From Raja brachyura (Eukaryota): DNA of 64,000 bases. Below are positions 51,420 through 63,559 of this stretch, in pieces. Location of the stretch: positions 11,904,001 to 11,968,000 of the forward strand of contig OY740799.1 in assembly GCA_963514005.1 (NCBI GenBank), read 5' to 3'. The notes beneath the pieces were generated by a model. The model had not been told where the DNA came from, searched no databases, and worked only from the letters and a program-made list of their open reading frames with translations. A program made the position numbers and the translations under genes. Numbering within the stretch: position 1 is the stretch's first letter; every line of letters starts with the position of its first letter.

Positions 51420-52560
51420 AGCTGATATAATTGATAGCGTGGAGGTTTAAGGAAATTTAGCAAAACTGAAAGTTGGGATGTCACTGGGACCAGATAGGAT
51501 GAAATCTAGGATTTTGAGGGAGAATCGGGGGTCACTGACATGCGATGCCCTTTGGACATGGTGATCGTGTCCGAGACTGAAGTTAGCAAAGGTCACTTTG
51601 AAGTACACAAAAGGGAATAAGAACAAACCCAACAACTAGAGGTTGTCTTCAGTGGCAGAAACCGTTTGGAGACGTTGATCTGGACCAGGATTGATAGTCA
51701 CCTGAAGGAAAATGAATTCATTGAGACAGGACTGCACAGACTAGTTGAGGGCAAATCAGGTTTAGCCAATTTAAAGGAACTTTTTGATGAGGTAAGAGAA
51801 TTTATAATGTTAATGTGGTGTACATGGAATTTAGAAGACTTTTGATAAGATGCCACCTAACAAGCTTATCATCAAAATTGAAGCACATAGCACAATACAA
51901 AGTTATCAAAGTAAAGACAACAGAAGTCATGTTACATGATTGTTTTTGAATTGGATAAAGATCCCTGGCAGTTCTAGGATTGTTTTTGGGAGCATTGTTT
52001 TTTTGTGATCAATATTAATGTTGGACTTGTTATTGAATACTATAATTTATAATTTGCAGATAACATGAAACTTGAAATATTATAAACTGCATGGACAACA
52101 CTGAAACTGCAAAAGGACATTGAAAGTTTGGTGAATGGGCAAACGTGGAGAAATGTGAGGTGTTACATTTTGGTGGGAAGAATGAGGAGAGACTGTAGAA
52201 TAAAGAATACTGTTCCAAAGGGGGTATAGGAGCAGAGTGACTTGGAAATATGCCCAGATCATTGAAAATGGCAGGGCAGGTTGAGAAAGCAGTCAATGAG
52301 CCATACACAGTTTTGGGCTTATCATTTGAAGCATACAGTTTAAACTCAGGAACGTCCTCAGGGCCATTCTAAAACACAAATCCTGCCTCAGTTTGAGTAT
52401 CGTGTTTAATTCTGGTTACCACATTATTTGAAGGATGTGAGAGTGTTGGAGGTCGTCAAGGGAAAATTTATGAGTGTGGTTCCTTGGATAGCAACTACAG
52501 ACACAACATCAATTAGAGAAGCTCGGACTCTCTTTCGTGAAGGGAAGGCAGAGGAAAAAT
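51420..52560 (+). mobile_element. Old CR1 RT-3' region
   Basis: gggatgtcactgggaccagataggat, gtggtgtacatggaattt, atttgcagataac, tttgagtatcgtgtttaattctggttaccaca. Confidence 0.75.
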
Positions 52561-52859
52561 TTGGTTCTATGATTGGAATGGTTTTGCAACTAACCCTTAA
52601 AATGTTAGATCAGCAGCATTTTCATCGGCTGGTTTTGGTGGTAGAATACCTGGCTAGTTTGGAGCTGCCTCCAGAGAAATATGAGCAATTGAGCTTTCCA
52701 GCACAGAATTGCAGTTTTGTTCCTGGGCAATTTCTTTTCCCCCTATGTGCTTCCAAAGATAGTGAATGTTCCAGTAACCAGATAACCAGATCTTTATATC
52801 AAGTCCATGCTATTTAGTTTCACTCCGTATCATGCGGGTGTGCAGTGTATTTGGTGCAC

Positions 52860-53207
52860 AACAGCAATAACAGTTTCCAAAGGTGATGGAAAGACGGAGG
52901 AAAGACTAGGGCTGAGAGCTCTCTTATACCAGCATTAAGGAGCCAATTAAATGCACCTTAGCAATTACAAACGCCTGCAAAGCCATGTGTCCCAAACATT
53001 ATGGTGCCCTGAAATGGGGGGACTATGTATAAACACAGCTGTAATTTCTACATGGTGTAACCAAATGTATAAAAATGGCCTTTATTATAATCTGACAATG
53101 TGAACTTTAACCACATGTGATTTTTTTATTACAAATCACAAATTGTGGAGTACAGTGACAAATAAATAAATTATGGGTCTTTGTCCCAAACATTATGGAG
53201 GGCACTG
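52860..53207 (-). mobile_element. Tc1/mariner terminal fragment, same family as 1985-2760 (opposite end)
   Basis: About 220-bp reverse complement of 1985-2200, ending gtcccaaacattatggagggcactg + TA (53208-53209); inner direct repeat gtcccaaacattatggtgccctg. Confidence 0.88.
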
Positions 53208-54382
53208 TATGCAGAGAGTAATCTTGAGATTCTGATTTGTATTACGTCATAATTCCAAGTCACATTCTTGAACAAACCAGTTTCCTGACTGAGCAGAGGG
53301 GATGTGGGTGCACTGCAGAAGCCCAGGATGTGCTGAGCAGCAAGGAACCAATAATTAACAACATCTTTTCAACTGCAGGTTTTAGCCAGTTTGATTTATC
53401 CCATTATCCACAGCTCCTTTAACCCTTTTCTTCATTTGTGCCATTGTCACCCACTTTTGCCTGGTACCACAAAGGTGTTGTCTCTCAAGACTCAGTTCCA
53501 CTTCTTAAAGGAAGTTTAAAGGAATGAACATAGAATGAAAATGAAATTCAGCACCACAGTCCTTTTCTTTAGGAGGGTAGATGACGGATTAGTAAAAAGT
53601 TCTAATTAAACACAATTATGATAACGGGTTCATTAAGGCACATCAGTAGATTCCATGAAACTGTGTGTTGAGTTGCCTCCTCCTGAATAGCATCAGATAG
53701 CCTCAAACTTCTTGGATTCATGATTGTTATCAATATGATGCATCGTCCCGAGAGTATATAGGAAGGCTTTCTTTTATGTCTCCTGGAGTATTCCCATTTG
53801 TTTTGTCCACTACTTGCTGCCTGCACTGAGCTTGAATTATACAACAAGTGACAACGTGTACACAGTCTTATTATTTCTCAACATTGTTTCAATAATGCCC
53901 CCAGCAAGTTATATAGTACTAACTTTAAAAAGTGCTGACTTTGCATGTCTTTATTTTATTTCCATTTTTTTCTACCCTACTTGCAATAGAAGTATTAGCG
54001 AGCAAAGAGAGCCTTGGGATCTGCATGCATGCCTTGTTTAAGAGCAGTATTTTCGCACAAAAAGCAAAATCTAAGCATTCAGAGACTTGCAATGAGAGCA
54101 TTTTGTAGAATTATTTAATTTCCTGCAATAATATCCCTAAGCTGCCTCGTCATCTCTTTGCATTCATAACTTACCGTTTCTTCTCTTTGTGTTGTTTGCT
54201 TTGCCTTGTTCCTTTTTTCACTCCATTATCTCTGTATTAAATCCTGCATCTCTTGATAAAAACAACTTGCGTTTATATGGGTATTTTCATGGGCACAGAT
54301 GTCCAAAATGATTAACATCATTTGAACTGCATTTGAAGTGTAATCATTGTTATAACTTGTGTTTGCCAGTGTTTTCTGCCTT

Positions 54383-54726
54383 TAGAGTCATACTGCATGG
54401 AAGCAGTCCCCTTCAATCTGCTTCATCCATTCGACCAAGATGCCCCATCTAAGCTAGTCCTACTTGCCCGCATTGGGCCCATATCCCTATAAACCTTTCC
54501 TATCCATGTACCTGTCCAAGTTTTTAAAATGCTATTATAGGACCCGCCACAACTATCTCCTCTGGCAGCTCATTCTAATACTCACCACCCTCTGAGTGAA
54601 AAAGTTGCCCCTCAGGTTTGCATTAAATCTTACCCCTCTCACCTTAAACTTCTGAGTCCCCTATCTTGGGTAAAAGACTCCGTGCATTCACGCTATCCAT
54701 TCCACTCCTGATTTTATACTCCTCTA
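54383..54726 (-). mobile_element. CR1 3' fragment (second subfamily)
   Basis: tagagtcatactgcatggaagcagtccc...ctctggcagctcattc...gtgaaaaagttgcccctcagg. Confidence 0.75.
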
Positions 54727-55020
54727 GTCAAGAAGACATATGCAACAATAGACCAATATATTTTTTTATTTGCAGCAGCACAATGGATTTGTAAACACAG
54801 TACCCAATAGATAATATAATAAATAAACAAAAAAAATCAATAAATGAAAAATAAATAATACTAAAAGCAAAGCCTGAAGTCCATAGTGCAACCAAGTAGG
54901 TTCATAGATCACAATTTTGTTGGAGTTCGTAGTATTCAGTAGCTTAATTGTTATTAGGAAGAAGCCGCTTCCAAACTTGAACTTTACAGTTTTCGGACCC
55001 CTATACTTTCTTCCTACTGA
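54727..55020 (-). mobile_element. L2/Rex-Babar-like 3' fragment
   Basis: tttgcagcagcacaa...ggaagaagccgcttccaaacttga...acagttttcggacccctatactttcttcct. Confidence 0.5.
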
Positions 55021-55059
55021 CTGAACCTCTGTCGGCAGATTTGCACAGTACGCAGAGCG

Positions 55060-55600
55060 TTTATATTTGTGCGTACTTAGACACCAAGCTTCAAACGTCA
55101 GCTTGTTCTCTGAAACATTTCAGAGGATAGACTTTAGACTAAATATCCATAAGACCTGCTCCTGCTACACAACTCTGCCCTTCACCATTAAAGTTCACAG
55201 TAAGACCCTGGAAAACATGGATAGTCTCATGTCTAAGGAGGCACCTCGCACCAAAGGCAGCCTTCGACACCAGAATTCACGATCATCCGCTAAAAGTGTC
55301 TGTGCAGTGCTTCGCAGATTGATCTAGGACAAAATTAGTCACTGAGCAGCACTGATCCCTGATCTCCTGGATGCTTCGGAGACTTGGAACTTCAGCAACA
55401 GGCACATTAAGATTCCCGAACAATACCACCAAAGCTGTCGCTACAAAGTCCTCCAAACTCACTGGAAGGATAAGTGAACTGCCATCAGTGACCTCTTTCA
55501 GTATTGACGTTCTAGTTGTGTTCATTTAGCTCCATTTAGCACGCCAAGGACTGAAGGATGTTCTCAAAGCCTCCTTAGGGAGAAACATGCAACACTTCTC
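55060..55600 (+). mobile_element. RTE-clade LINE relic
   Basis: FSETFQRIDFRLNIHKT...IKVHSKTLENMD resembles the RTE post-RT motif GL.LN..KT...I.....LE.VD.F.YLG. Confidence 0.5.
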
Positions 55601-55647
55601 CTACTCCTGAGTCATGACTCCTCAGAATGGAGAAGGAGATTTCCGTC

Positions 55648-55918
55648 AGTGGCACAGCGGTAGAGCTGCTGGCTTACAGCACCAGAGATCTGGGATTGAT
55701 CCTGCATATGGGTGCTGTCTATATGGAGTTTGTACATTCTCCCTGTGATTGCATGGGCTTTTCCCAGGGGATCCAGTTTCCTTCCACATTTCAAAGGTTT
55801 GTAGGTTAATTGTCTTCCATTAATTGTCCCTCGTGTGTAGGATAGAGCTGGTGTATCGTTGGTCCGCGGGCTGACGGGCCTGTTTCCATGCTGCATCTCT
55901 AAATCTAAACTCAACTAA
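55648..55918 (+). mobile_element. HE1/V-SINE-like SINE
   Basis: A-box-like tggcacagcggtagag, V-domain tggagtttgtacattctccctgtga, tail ggcctgtttccatgctgcatctctaaatctaaac. Confidence 0.85.
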
Positions 55919-57101
55919 TTTTGGGACTGTATTGCATGGGGACTGTGTAGAGGCCCTGTGTAAATGCAGGAAGGAATGCATTTGCATTCTATCCATCACC
56001 TGAGAATCCACAAAACTGGTGTAAAAGAATATCATCCTCAAGTCTAAGGAGTCATTGTTCCATTTGCTCGATCATCTTGTCAGTTTGGGTAGAAAGATGA
56101 TACAAGAGGAAGTAATCCAGCGGATTGTTTTAGGCGGTGGAGATTAATGAAAGGAAATAATGTCGCAGCCTTCAAAAATACGAAGTTAGGGGAGGAGGCT
56201 GTCATTATATTGGTGAAGGGGAAAATGTACGAAGTGTGCGTAGACCGGATGTAATAATCAACTGCAATGGTTGAAGAGCTGTGGGGGGAGATGAAAAAAA
56301 CGGAGTTTTTCTCGGGGACATGTAATAAATGTGTTCAAACTCACCAAGGACTTAATAACGTAAATAAAGGAGAATGCTTCCAGCAGCAGAAAGGCTGGCG
56401 ACCAGAGAACAAAGATTTAAACTAATTATCAACTGATGCAGAGGTATCATGAGAGAAAAAAATAATTGGTGTGAGTTTTTGAATGGTGGAAGGTTATTAG
56501 GTGATGCTTTTTTTTAAAAGGGATTATGATAGTTGGTGGGGAAAATATTGCAGCGTTGTGATGAAAGAGCTATGGTAATGGGGGCATGGTGAGATGGAAT
56601 ACAGTATGACTGTTTTAAAGGTACTGCCATAAACACAGTTTTTCTCCATTTGGACTATATAATGTTATTGTTCCATAAGGCATATTACTGTGGTGCTTCT
56701 TGATAAAAAACGCAGATGTGGCAGATTAAAAATGGTTCCATAATTGATATGCAAATCCTGCCTGAGGTAGGGTCGTCATGCCTAGGTCATCTCTTTGAAA
56801 TACAATCCAATTAGACCCTTTCCCATCGTATTTAATCATAGCAACATTTATTTTGGGTTATTTATTCAGATCCCTTAAAATTTTCTTCAATCTGTTTTTA
56901 CCAACCTTTACAACTTGCAATCCAGACGATTGCCATGTGGCCACATTTTACTCGCATATTCTTCTTCGTGTTAGTTTCATGTTAGTTACCATGAGGATAC
57001 TCAAATTTCACTCAAATTATTTCAACCTCCTTCATTTTTAGCTCATCCACTGCGCCTTTTCTTATTTTCCTCTGTTCTAAGGAGAACTAATCTAGATTTT
57101 C

Positions 57102-57457
57102 TATAGACAATAGGTGCAGGAGTAGGCCATTCGGTCCTGCGAGCCAACATCGCCATTCAATGTGATCGTCGGTGAGCATCCACAATCAGTACCCCATTCC
57201 TGCCTTCTCCCCATATCCGCTATCTTTAAGAGCTCTATCTAACTCTCTCTTGAAAGCATCCAGAGAACCGACCTCCACCGCCCTCTGAGGCAGAGAGTTC
57301 CACAGACTCACAACTCTCTGTGTGAAAAAGTATTTCCTCATCTCCATTCTAAATGGCTTACCCCTTATTCTTAAACTGTGGCCCCTGGATCTGGATTCCC
57401 CAACATCAGGAACATGTTTCCTGCCTCCAGCGTGTCCAAACCTTTAATAATCTTATA
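57102..57457 (-). mobile_element. CR1 LINE 3' fragment
   Basis: atagacaataggtgcaggagtaggccattcgg...cttaaactgtggcccctgg. Confidence 0.88.
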
Positions 57458-57521
57458 TTTTTTGTTGCTTAATCAAACTGAATTCCCTCATCTTTGGTGC
57501 CACTAAATAAATCTTCTCTGC

Positions 57522-57823
57522 AGTTTAGTTTTAGTTCAGAAATACAGCGCGAAAACAGGCCCTTCGGCCCACCGAGTCCGCACCAACTAGCAATCCCCGC
57601 ACATTCACACTATCCTACACACACTAGGGACAATTTGCATACACCAAGCCAATTAACCTACATACCTGCGGTCTTTCGAGTGTGGGAGGAAACCAAAGAT
57701 CTCCGAGAAAACCCACGGGGAAAACGTACAAACTCCGCACAAACAGCACCCATAGTCGGGATTGAACCGGGTCTCTGGCGCTGCAAGCGCTGTGAGGCAA
57801 CAACTCTACCGCTGCGCCACCGT
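57522..57823 (-). mobile_element. HE1/V-SINE-like SINE, near full length
   Basis: Minus strand: A box ggtggcgcagcggtagag, B box ggttcaatccc, V-domain, (ctaaa)n tail. Confidence 0.9.
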
Positions 57824-58103
57824 AGCGAGTGCAAGAATTGTATGATACCCTTACCAGCAGCAACACAATGTCCTCAATGCAATTAGCTAATGAAATAAAT
57901 GCTGGCCAAAGTTACCCACATTCCATAAATAACATGTTTTTTAAAGCAAAATGGAAACACTGAGTTTTCTTGCTTTAAAGTCATTTGCTTCAACTATACC
58001 AATGATGAACTAGCACAAAGCAGACTGTTAATTGCACCAGACTTATCAAATTTATCAATTTTCAAATGATCCAAACAATAAATTAACATTTCCATAAGTG
58101 TAT

Positions 58104-58799
58104 TAGAAACATAGGAACATAGAAAATAGGTGCAGGAGTAGGCCATTCGGCCCTTCGAGCCTGCATCGCCATTCAATATGATCATGGCTGATCATCCAAC
58201 TCAGTATCCTGTACCTGCCTTTTCTCCATACCCCCGATCCCTTTAGCCACAAGGGCCACATCTAACTCACTCTTAAATATAGCCAATGAACTGGCCTCAA
58301 CTACCTTCTGTGGCAGAGAATTCCACAGATTCACCACTCTCTGCGTGAAAAATGATTTTCTCATCTCGGCCCTAAAAGACTTCCCCCTTATCCTTAAACT
58401 GTGACCCCTTGTTCTGGACTTCCCCAACATCAGGAACAATCTTCCTGCATCTCGCCTGTCCAACCCCTTAAGAATTTTGTAAGTCTCTATAAGATCCCCC
58501 CTCAATCTTCTAAATTCCAGCGAGTACTAGCCGAGTCTATCCAGTCTTTCTTCATATGGAAGTCCTGCCATCCCAGGAATCAGTCTGGTGAACCTTCTCT
58601 GTACTCTATGGCAAGAATGTCTTTCCTCAGATTAGGAGACCAAAACTGTACGTAATACTCCAGGTGTGGCCTCACCAAGACCCTGTACAACTGCAGTAGA
58701 CCTTCCCTGGTCTTGTACTCAAATCCTTTTGCTATGAATGCCAACATACCATTCGCTTCCTTCACAGCCTGCTGCACCTGCATGCGTACTTTCAATGAC
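58104..58799 (-). mobile_element. Young CR1 LINE 3' fragment (about 700 bp)
   Basis: ORFs LQLYRVLVRPHLEYYVQFWSP and RGDLIETYKIL...FFTQRVVNLWNSLP; tagaaacataggaacatagaaa tail. Confidence 0.93.
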
Positions 58800-60312
58800 T
58801 TATTGATTTATAACTTCTACTGAATGTGCCAGCAAGGTGTATATCTATAAACTTGTTGTTTGTTGCTTGTTGCTGGGAGAGCAATGAGGATCTGCACAAT
58901 GTGATCTTTCCCAGGCAATTTTGCAGCATAGAATACTGATAAATTGCAGTGTATTTGCACCTGGTTTGAAAAAATAAATTACTGTTTCGTTTGAAATTAA
59001 ATCCAGATGTTGGCTGTAGTTGAGCTGCCGTTTTGCTCTCAGGCTAACAAGATTGCATGGAAACGGAGGATTTGTGAAAATATTTTTTATGGATTATTCA
59101 CCATAATGGAAGAATGAATAGAAGGAAACTATCGTGGTCCTTTGATGCACTCAGAGAGCTTGTCAAGGCGAACAATGATAACTAATAGTTTTCCCAAAAA
59201 AATGAGGAATACTACAAAAGATCTAATATTGCCAGACCCCTTCCCCCTCATTCCATAACTCTGATAACCCAGACTTTTTAAGCTTCTGTTGGCAAATGTT
59301 CGACATGAGAAACCAACCATTTTATTTAGATTATTATTTAAGATGAAGATGCTTTTGATATTGTCTGATAAATATTTGATCACATTTATTGATTGTTTGG
59401 CTGATGTACCATTGTTGAAGAATGCAATAATTGTATTGTGGCTCAGGTAATCACAGAGCCATTATTTAAAGAGATCAGTTAGATTTCCCTATGACCATCC
59501 CTGTCTGCATGGTGAATTCAGAAAGAGGATTGTTAGAATTCAATGTGCTGTGCAGTGAAGCTTATTCTTTCTATTTTATTGCATTTCAGTGAAAGTACCT
59601 TTTAAGTGGCATAGATAATGATATTTTCTGTTCTGCAAAGAAAATGTTAAAAAACTATTTATGTTTTCATTTGTTTTTAACTAAAGAAAAAAGGAAATGT
59701 TAACCGAAGTGTGCTGTGGTGAAATACATGCTCTCTATTTTGCATGTTTTTAAAGCTGAATGCAGTTTAAAGTCTGATATGGGATGAAACATTAGCATAT
59801 TGGTTTTTTTACTTTTTTCATTTTTTCCTCTTCATATATTTATCTTCCTCTGATTTTCCCCATCTCATCTTCTGTATTCAGTCTTTGAATTATGTGTCCT
59901 CTTGGTGTGTCTGCATTTTAACTATTTGTTCTTTCTGCCACATTCCTTCCCCCTCACTGTGGTGCTTGCCTTCTTTCATTCACTCTCTTTGCTCGACACC
60001 TTTCTCCTTCCCCCTCCCCCCAGACCTTTCTCTCCTTTCTTCAAGTAAAGTCTTTATGTCTTGTCATATCTGATCCATGAGAGCTTCAGGATACAGGTGG
60101 CACTGCGTTATGGCAGTTCGGGCAATGGAAATTCTCCCTTACAGAATTGACTGATTACTATTCAGAAACGATCCATACATTCCAGGAAGTGAAATGGTTA
60201 CTAACCAGCCTATTTCTGTTTGTTAATTTGATCCCCTTATGTAGTTGCACTCACTTACTTGCGCATGTCATTTTGCTATCATTATTACGAAAACAATTAT
60301 ATAGACATATAT

Positions 60313-60488
60313 GTGTGGGAAGGAACTGCAGATGCTGGTTTAAACCCAAGACAGACAAAATGCTGGAGTAACTCAGCGGGACAGGCTGAGAGAAGGAATG
60401 GGTGACTGGGTTATGACTCGAAATGTCTTACATTCCTTCTCTCCAGAGATGCTGCCTGTCCCGCTGAGTTACTCCAGCATTTTGTGTC
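60313..60488. mobile_element. Palindromic PLE-derived element with 15-bp TSD
   Basis: tatatagacatatat at 60298-60312 and 60489-60503; inverted arms caaaatgctggagtaactcagcgggacaggc / gcctgtcccgctgagttactccagcattttg. Confidence 0.88.
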
Positions 60489-60842
60489 TATATAGACATA
60501 TATCTGTTTTAAAATCTATATTTGGACATGGATGATGCAATACATTAGAACACACTTCAATTCTGGCTGAGGGAATGTATAAAATCAGTTCCTACTGCAT
60601 TGCAATATCACTACAAACAGTGTCTATAATTTACCAGGATCACAACATTTATTATTTTTTTAACAAACTGAACGTGTATTTTTGTATACCCTATCACTTC
60701 GCTTTGAAAGTGTTAAATTGGATTAAATGCAATTAATTACATTTTGAAGTTCCTATTGTGTTGTAGGCAGTTACATCCCACCAAAAATTGGGCTCACAGG
60801 CACCAAAAATCCGTTTTGCAAGATAAACAGATCATAAAAGCT

Positions 60843-61349
60843 AGTGTCACAAAAAATGCAGATGATAGCATTTTGAGCAAAACACAGGAGGATCAAGCAG
60901 TATCGGTGGAATGAATGGATAGGCAACCTTCCAGGTCAGGAACCTCTTTCAGACTGATGGGATGCAGTCAGAAACCTGAAAAAGAAAGGTGGGGCAAACT
61001 TAGCAAATTGTAGGTGGATTCAAGAAAGGGGGGAGGTTGATTGGTGGAGTAGATGTCAAAGGCTAGAAGTGAAAAGGAGACAAAAAGGCGTGGGATAGGG
61101 GACAAAAAGGAGGAGTAATATGTAGAGTTGGAAGGAGGGTTATGGTTGGAAGGAGACGGTGCCTTATCTCCCTTTTATACTTGTATCCACTTGTCACTTG
61201 CATGGCTTTGCTCTACCTCCACCTCTCTTCTCCAGCTTTCACACCATACACCATCAGTCTGAGGATGGGTCCTGACCTGAAACATCTGCTGTCCATTTCC
61301 TGCACAGATGCTGCCTGACCTGCTGAGTTCCTCTGACACTTTGTTTTTG
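60843..61349. mobile_element. Approx. 500-bp palindromic PLE-derived element with 13-bp TSD
   Basis: gatcataaaagct at 60830-60842 and 61350-61362; arms ...tcagactgatgg / ccatcagtctga...; purine-rich left arm and pyrimidine-rich right arm. Confidence 0.8.
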
Positions 61350-61829
61350 GATCATAAAAGCTGCGTGGTTGGCATAACAGTCAAACTGTTTGATCGCGGA
61401 CTGTCATGAAAGCGAGATATTGGTGAACAGTCATCCTCACCACACATTTTGTGACCTTGTCATTCTGGTGTATTTGGCGATTCCAGTTTTGGTGATTCCC
61501 TTCTTTAATCTTCCTGTTAGCTGGTCTACCGTATGATCCCATCTTATATTTGATGTTCCTGTTGACTTCAACATTGCATGGGCGTAATTTTATGTGGTGA
61601 TTCCAGTCTTACAGTAAAACACCCAATCTCTCATCCTCAAGACAGTTAATGATCGGCAAATGTCACTCATGTCTTAAATAAAAACATCTAACACCTTCCA
61701 CATTTGAACATTTCTGTTATGTATTATACTTTATATTTTGTTATTTTCCTTGAGCACTTTTGTCTTGAATAGTTTTTAATGGATCTGATGTTGGAATAGT
61801 TCACTAAAATGTTCTCCTTCTAATTTTAG

Positions 61830-62018
61830 GTGGAGGTAGAAGTGGAAAGCATGGACAAAGCTGGCAATTTCATTGGCTGGTTGCACATAGATGGGGTCAA
61901 TCTCTCTGTTGCCCTTGTGGAGCACTCGCTGTCAAAGGTTCACTTTACCGCAGAGCGGAGTTCCTACTACAAAGCACTCATGTCAGTCGAGGAGGCAGCC
62001 AAGCTGAAACGGGAAAAG
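61830..62018 (+). CDS. SND1: Internal coding exon of staphylococcal nuclease domain-containing protein 1 (Tudor-SN/p100), SN4 domain; probably equivalent to human exon 17
   Basis: Translates [63 protein letters not shown], which I recognise as vertebrate SND1. Acceptor ttctccttctaattttAG ends at 61829; donor AAG|GTAGGA starts at 62019. Length 189 nt, phase 0/0. The exon number is from memory of the human gene. Confidence 0.96.
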
Positions 62019-62119
62019 GTAGGACTTGAATGGGAGTACTATTTTTGTGAAGCAGCTTGGACTTTTCAAAAATGGTGTGGGTATTTGTGATTTTCACGAT
62101 GCCCATTGGTGCAGGAAAA

Positions 62120-62262
62120 CAATACTGTGAAAGCTGGAAATCTGCAATAATGCCAGAAAAAAATGGAAATACTAAGGACTTCAGGTAGCATCTATGAAAA
62201 GAGAAATGAATGTTTCCACCTTTCATAGATGCTGGCTGATCTGCTGAGTGTTGCCTGCATTT
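62120..62262. mobile_element. Degenerate palindromic PLE-derived element
   Basis: aagctggaaatctg...tcaggtagcatctatgaaa...tttcatagatgctggctga...ctgagtgttgcctgcattt. Confidence 0.6.
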
Positions 62263-63559
62263 AAAATATATATTTTGCTGAATAAGGTAGTGTAATTTGG
62301 AAATTAATTATATTGAAGCTGTCCCTTAATTGAAATACTCTGACCTTTTAAAAGCATGTAAGTTGTTGCATTTTGGTTGAATTAAAGAATGATGCCTTTG
62401 TGGAAGAAGGCTATTTGGGTTTGAACCCCTGCTGGCTCTCTGCAGTTTTGCATGTGATCACGCAATTATAAACATTGATTTATTTTCATTTAAGAATTGA
62501 ATTCTGAACAATATTACAATTCTTAAAGATCCTAAGGGGTCTAAATTCTGAATGTCAAAAAATCCTTTAATAAATAAAACCTTTTTCTGGGCAAAACATT
62601 TCAGGAGTATTTGCTAACTCTGGACAACAGAAACAGCTGTTCATACAGTTGACCTCTAAATATGTAAATGCTGAAGCCCTCAACAAGTTCACTTGTCCAT
62701 TGCACTTTAAAGGACACCTAATTTTAACTTTATTCATATTCTTCTATAAACATTGTCAGGGAATTATTAAGATGCGGCTTATACCTTAAATATATTTGGA
62801 CAAGTTTTCTATTTTTCTTCCCTTTCTGTTCTGAGCAGGGAAGGTAAGAAAAGAGGTATTCTTAGAAGGTCTCCACTGTGCAAAGTGTAGCACCCGGTAA
62901 ATAGAATGACATTTGAATAGGTTTGCATATCACAAGTTTTGATGAAGATGTGCAAACAACTTAATGCTGCCTTAAATCTTGAATCCTCAAAGGGCATTCT
63001 TATCTGATGTAGGATTCAGTGATGTGTTTCAATACATTTGTCAGCTGATGTTAAATAGACAGGAGGCTTATGTGATAAATTGCATATTGTACTGAAATGT
63101 CACCACTTCATTTCAGTTACCGTGGTACAGGGTTTGAAAGTTTGCTGGCTTACTTTAAGGTACTTTGAGTGGGAACCAGCAGCTGTGTCATATTTCAATT
63201 CCCAAAAGGCATTTGAGAAAGTGCCACAATACAGTTAAAAGCTTGTGGCATTTGGAAGAATTTGTAAACAGCGATGAAGAATTGGCCAAGATTACGTTAA
63301 TCATATTCTTGCCAAATAGAGCATGCTTAAGATGCTATATGTTTCTTATTGCTCGTAGTTATGTTTTTTGTTTAATTGGGTATGGAAGATTGAATGCTTT
63401 GCTTGGAGCAAGTGCACGCACAGTTTGAAAAAGCATGAGTGCACTCTTCTAGGACATAATAGTGATACTGCTATTGGGAACTTCCATGAGGTAGCTAGGG
63501 GAGATGTGACAGGCTGGGAATGTTGACCCATTTGATTATCCTAGGGGATGTCCTAAGTT

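Larger units (their letters stand above)
1..61829 (+). other. SND1: Large SND1 intron (upstream exon lies outside the window)
   Basis: No other SND1-like peptide seen upstream of the exon; the region is repeat-rich with no long ORF. The corresponding mammalian intron is also very large. Confidence 0.8.

Noticed and set aside
53547-53567. REST/NRSF RE1 site (ttcagcaccac)
   Set aside because: Only the left half-site matches; the GGACAG right half is absent.
57522-57823. tRNA gene (A and B boxes present)
   Set aside because: The boxes belong to the tRNA-derived head of a SINE that continues into a V-domain and LINE-like tail; the same applies to 55648, 22559 and 20658.
62019-62090. ORF extension [14 protein letters not shown]... 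after the SND1 exon
   Set aside because: Lies beyond a canonical GT donor and SND1 similarity stops at REK; this is intron read-through.
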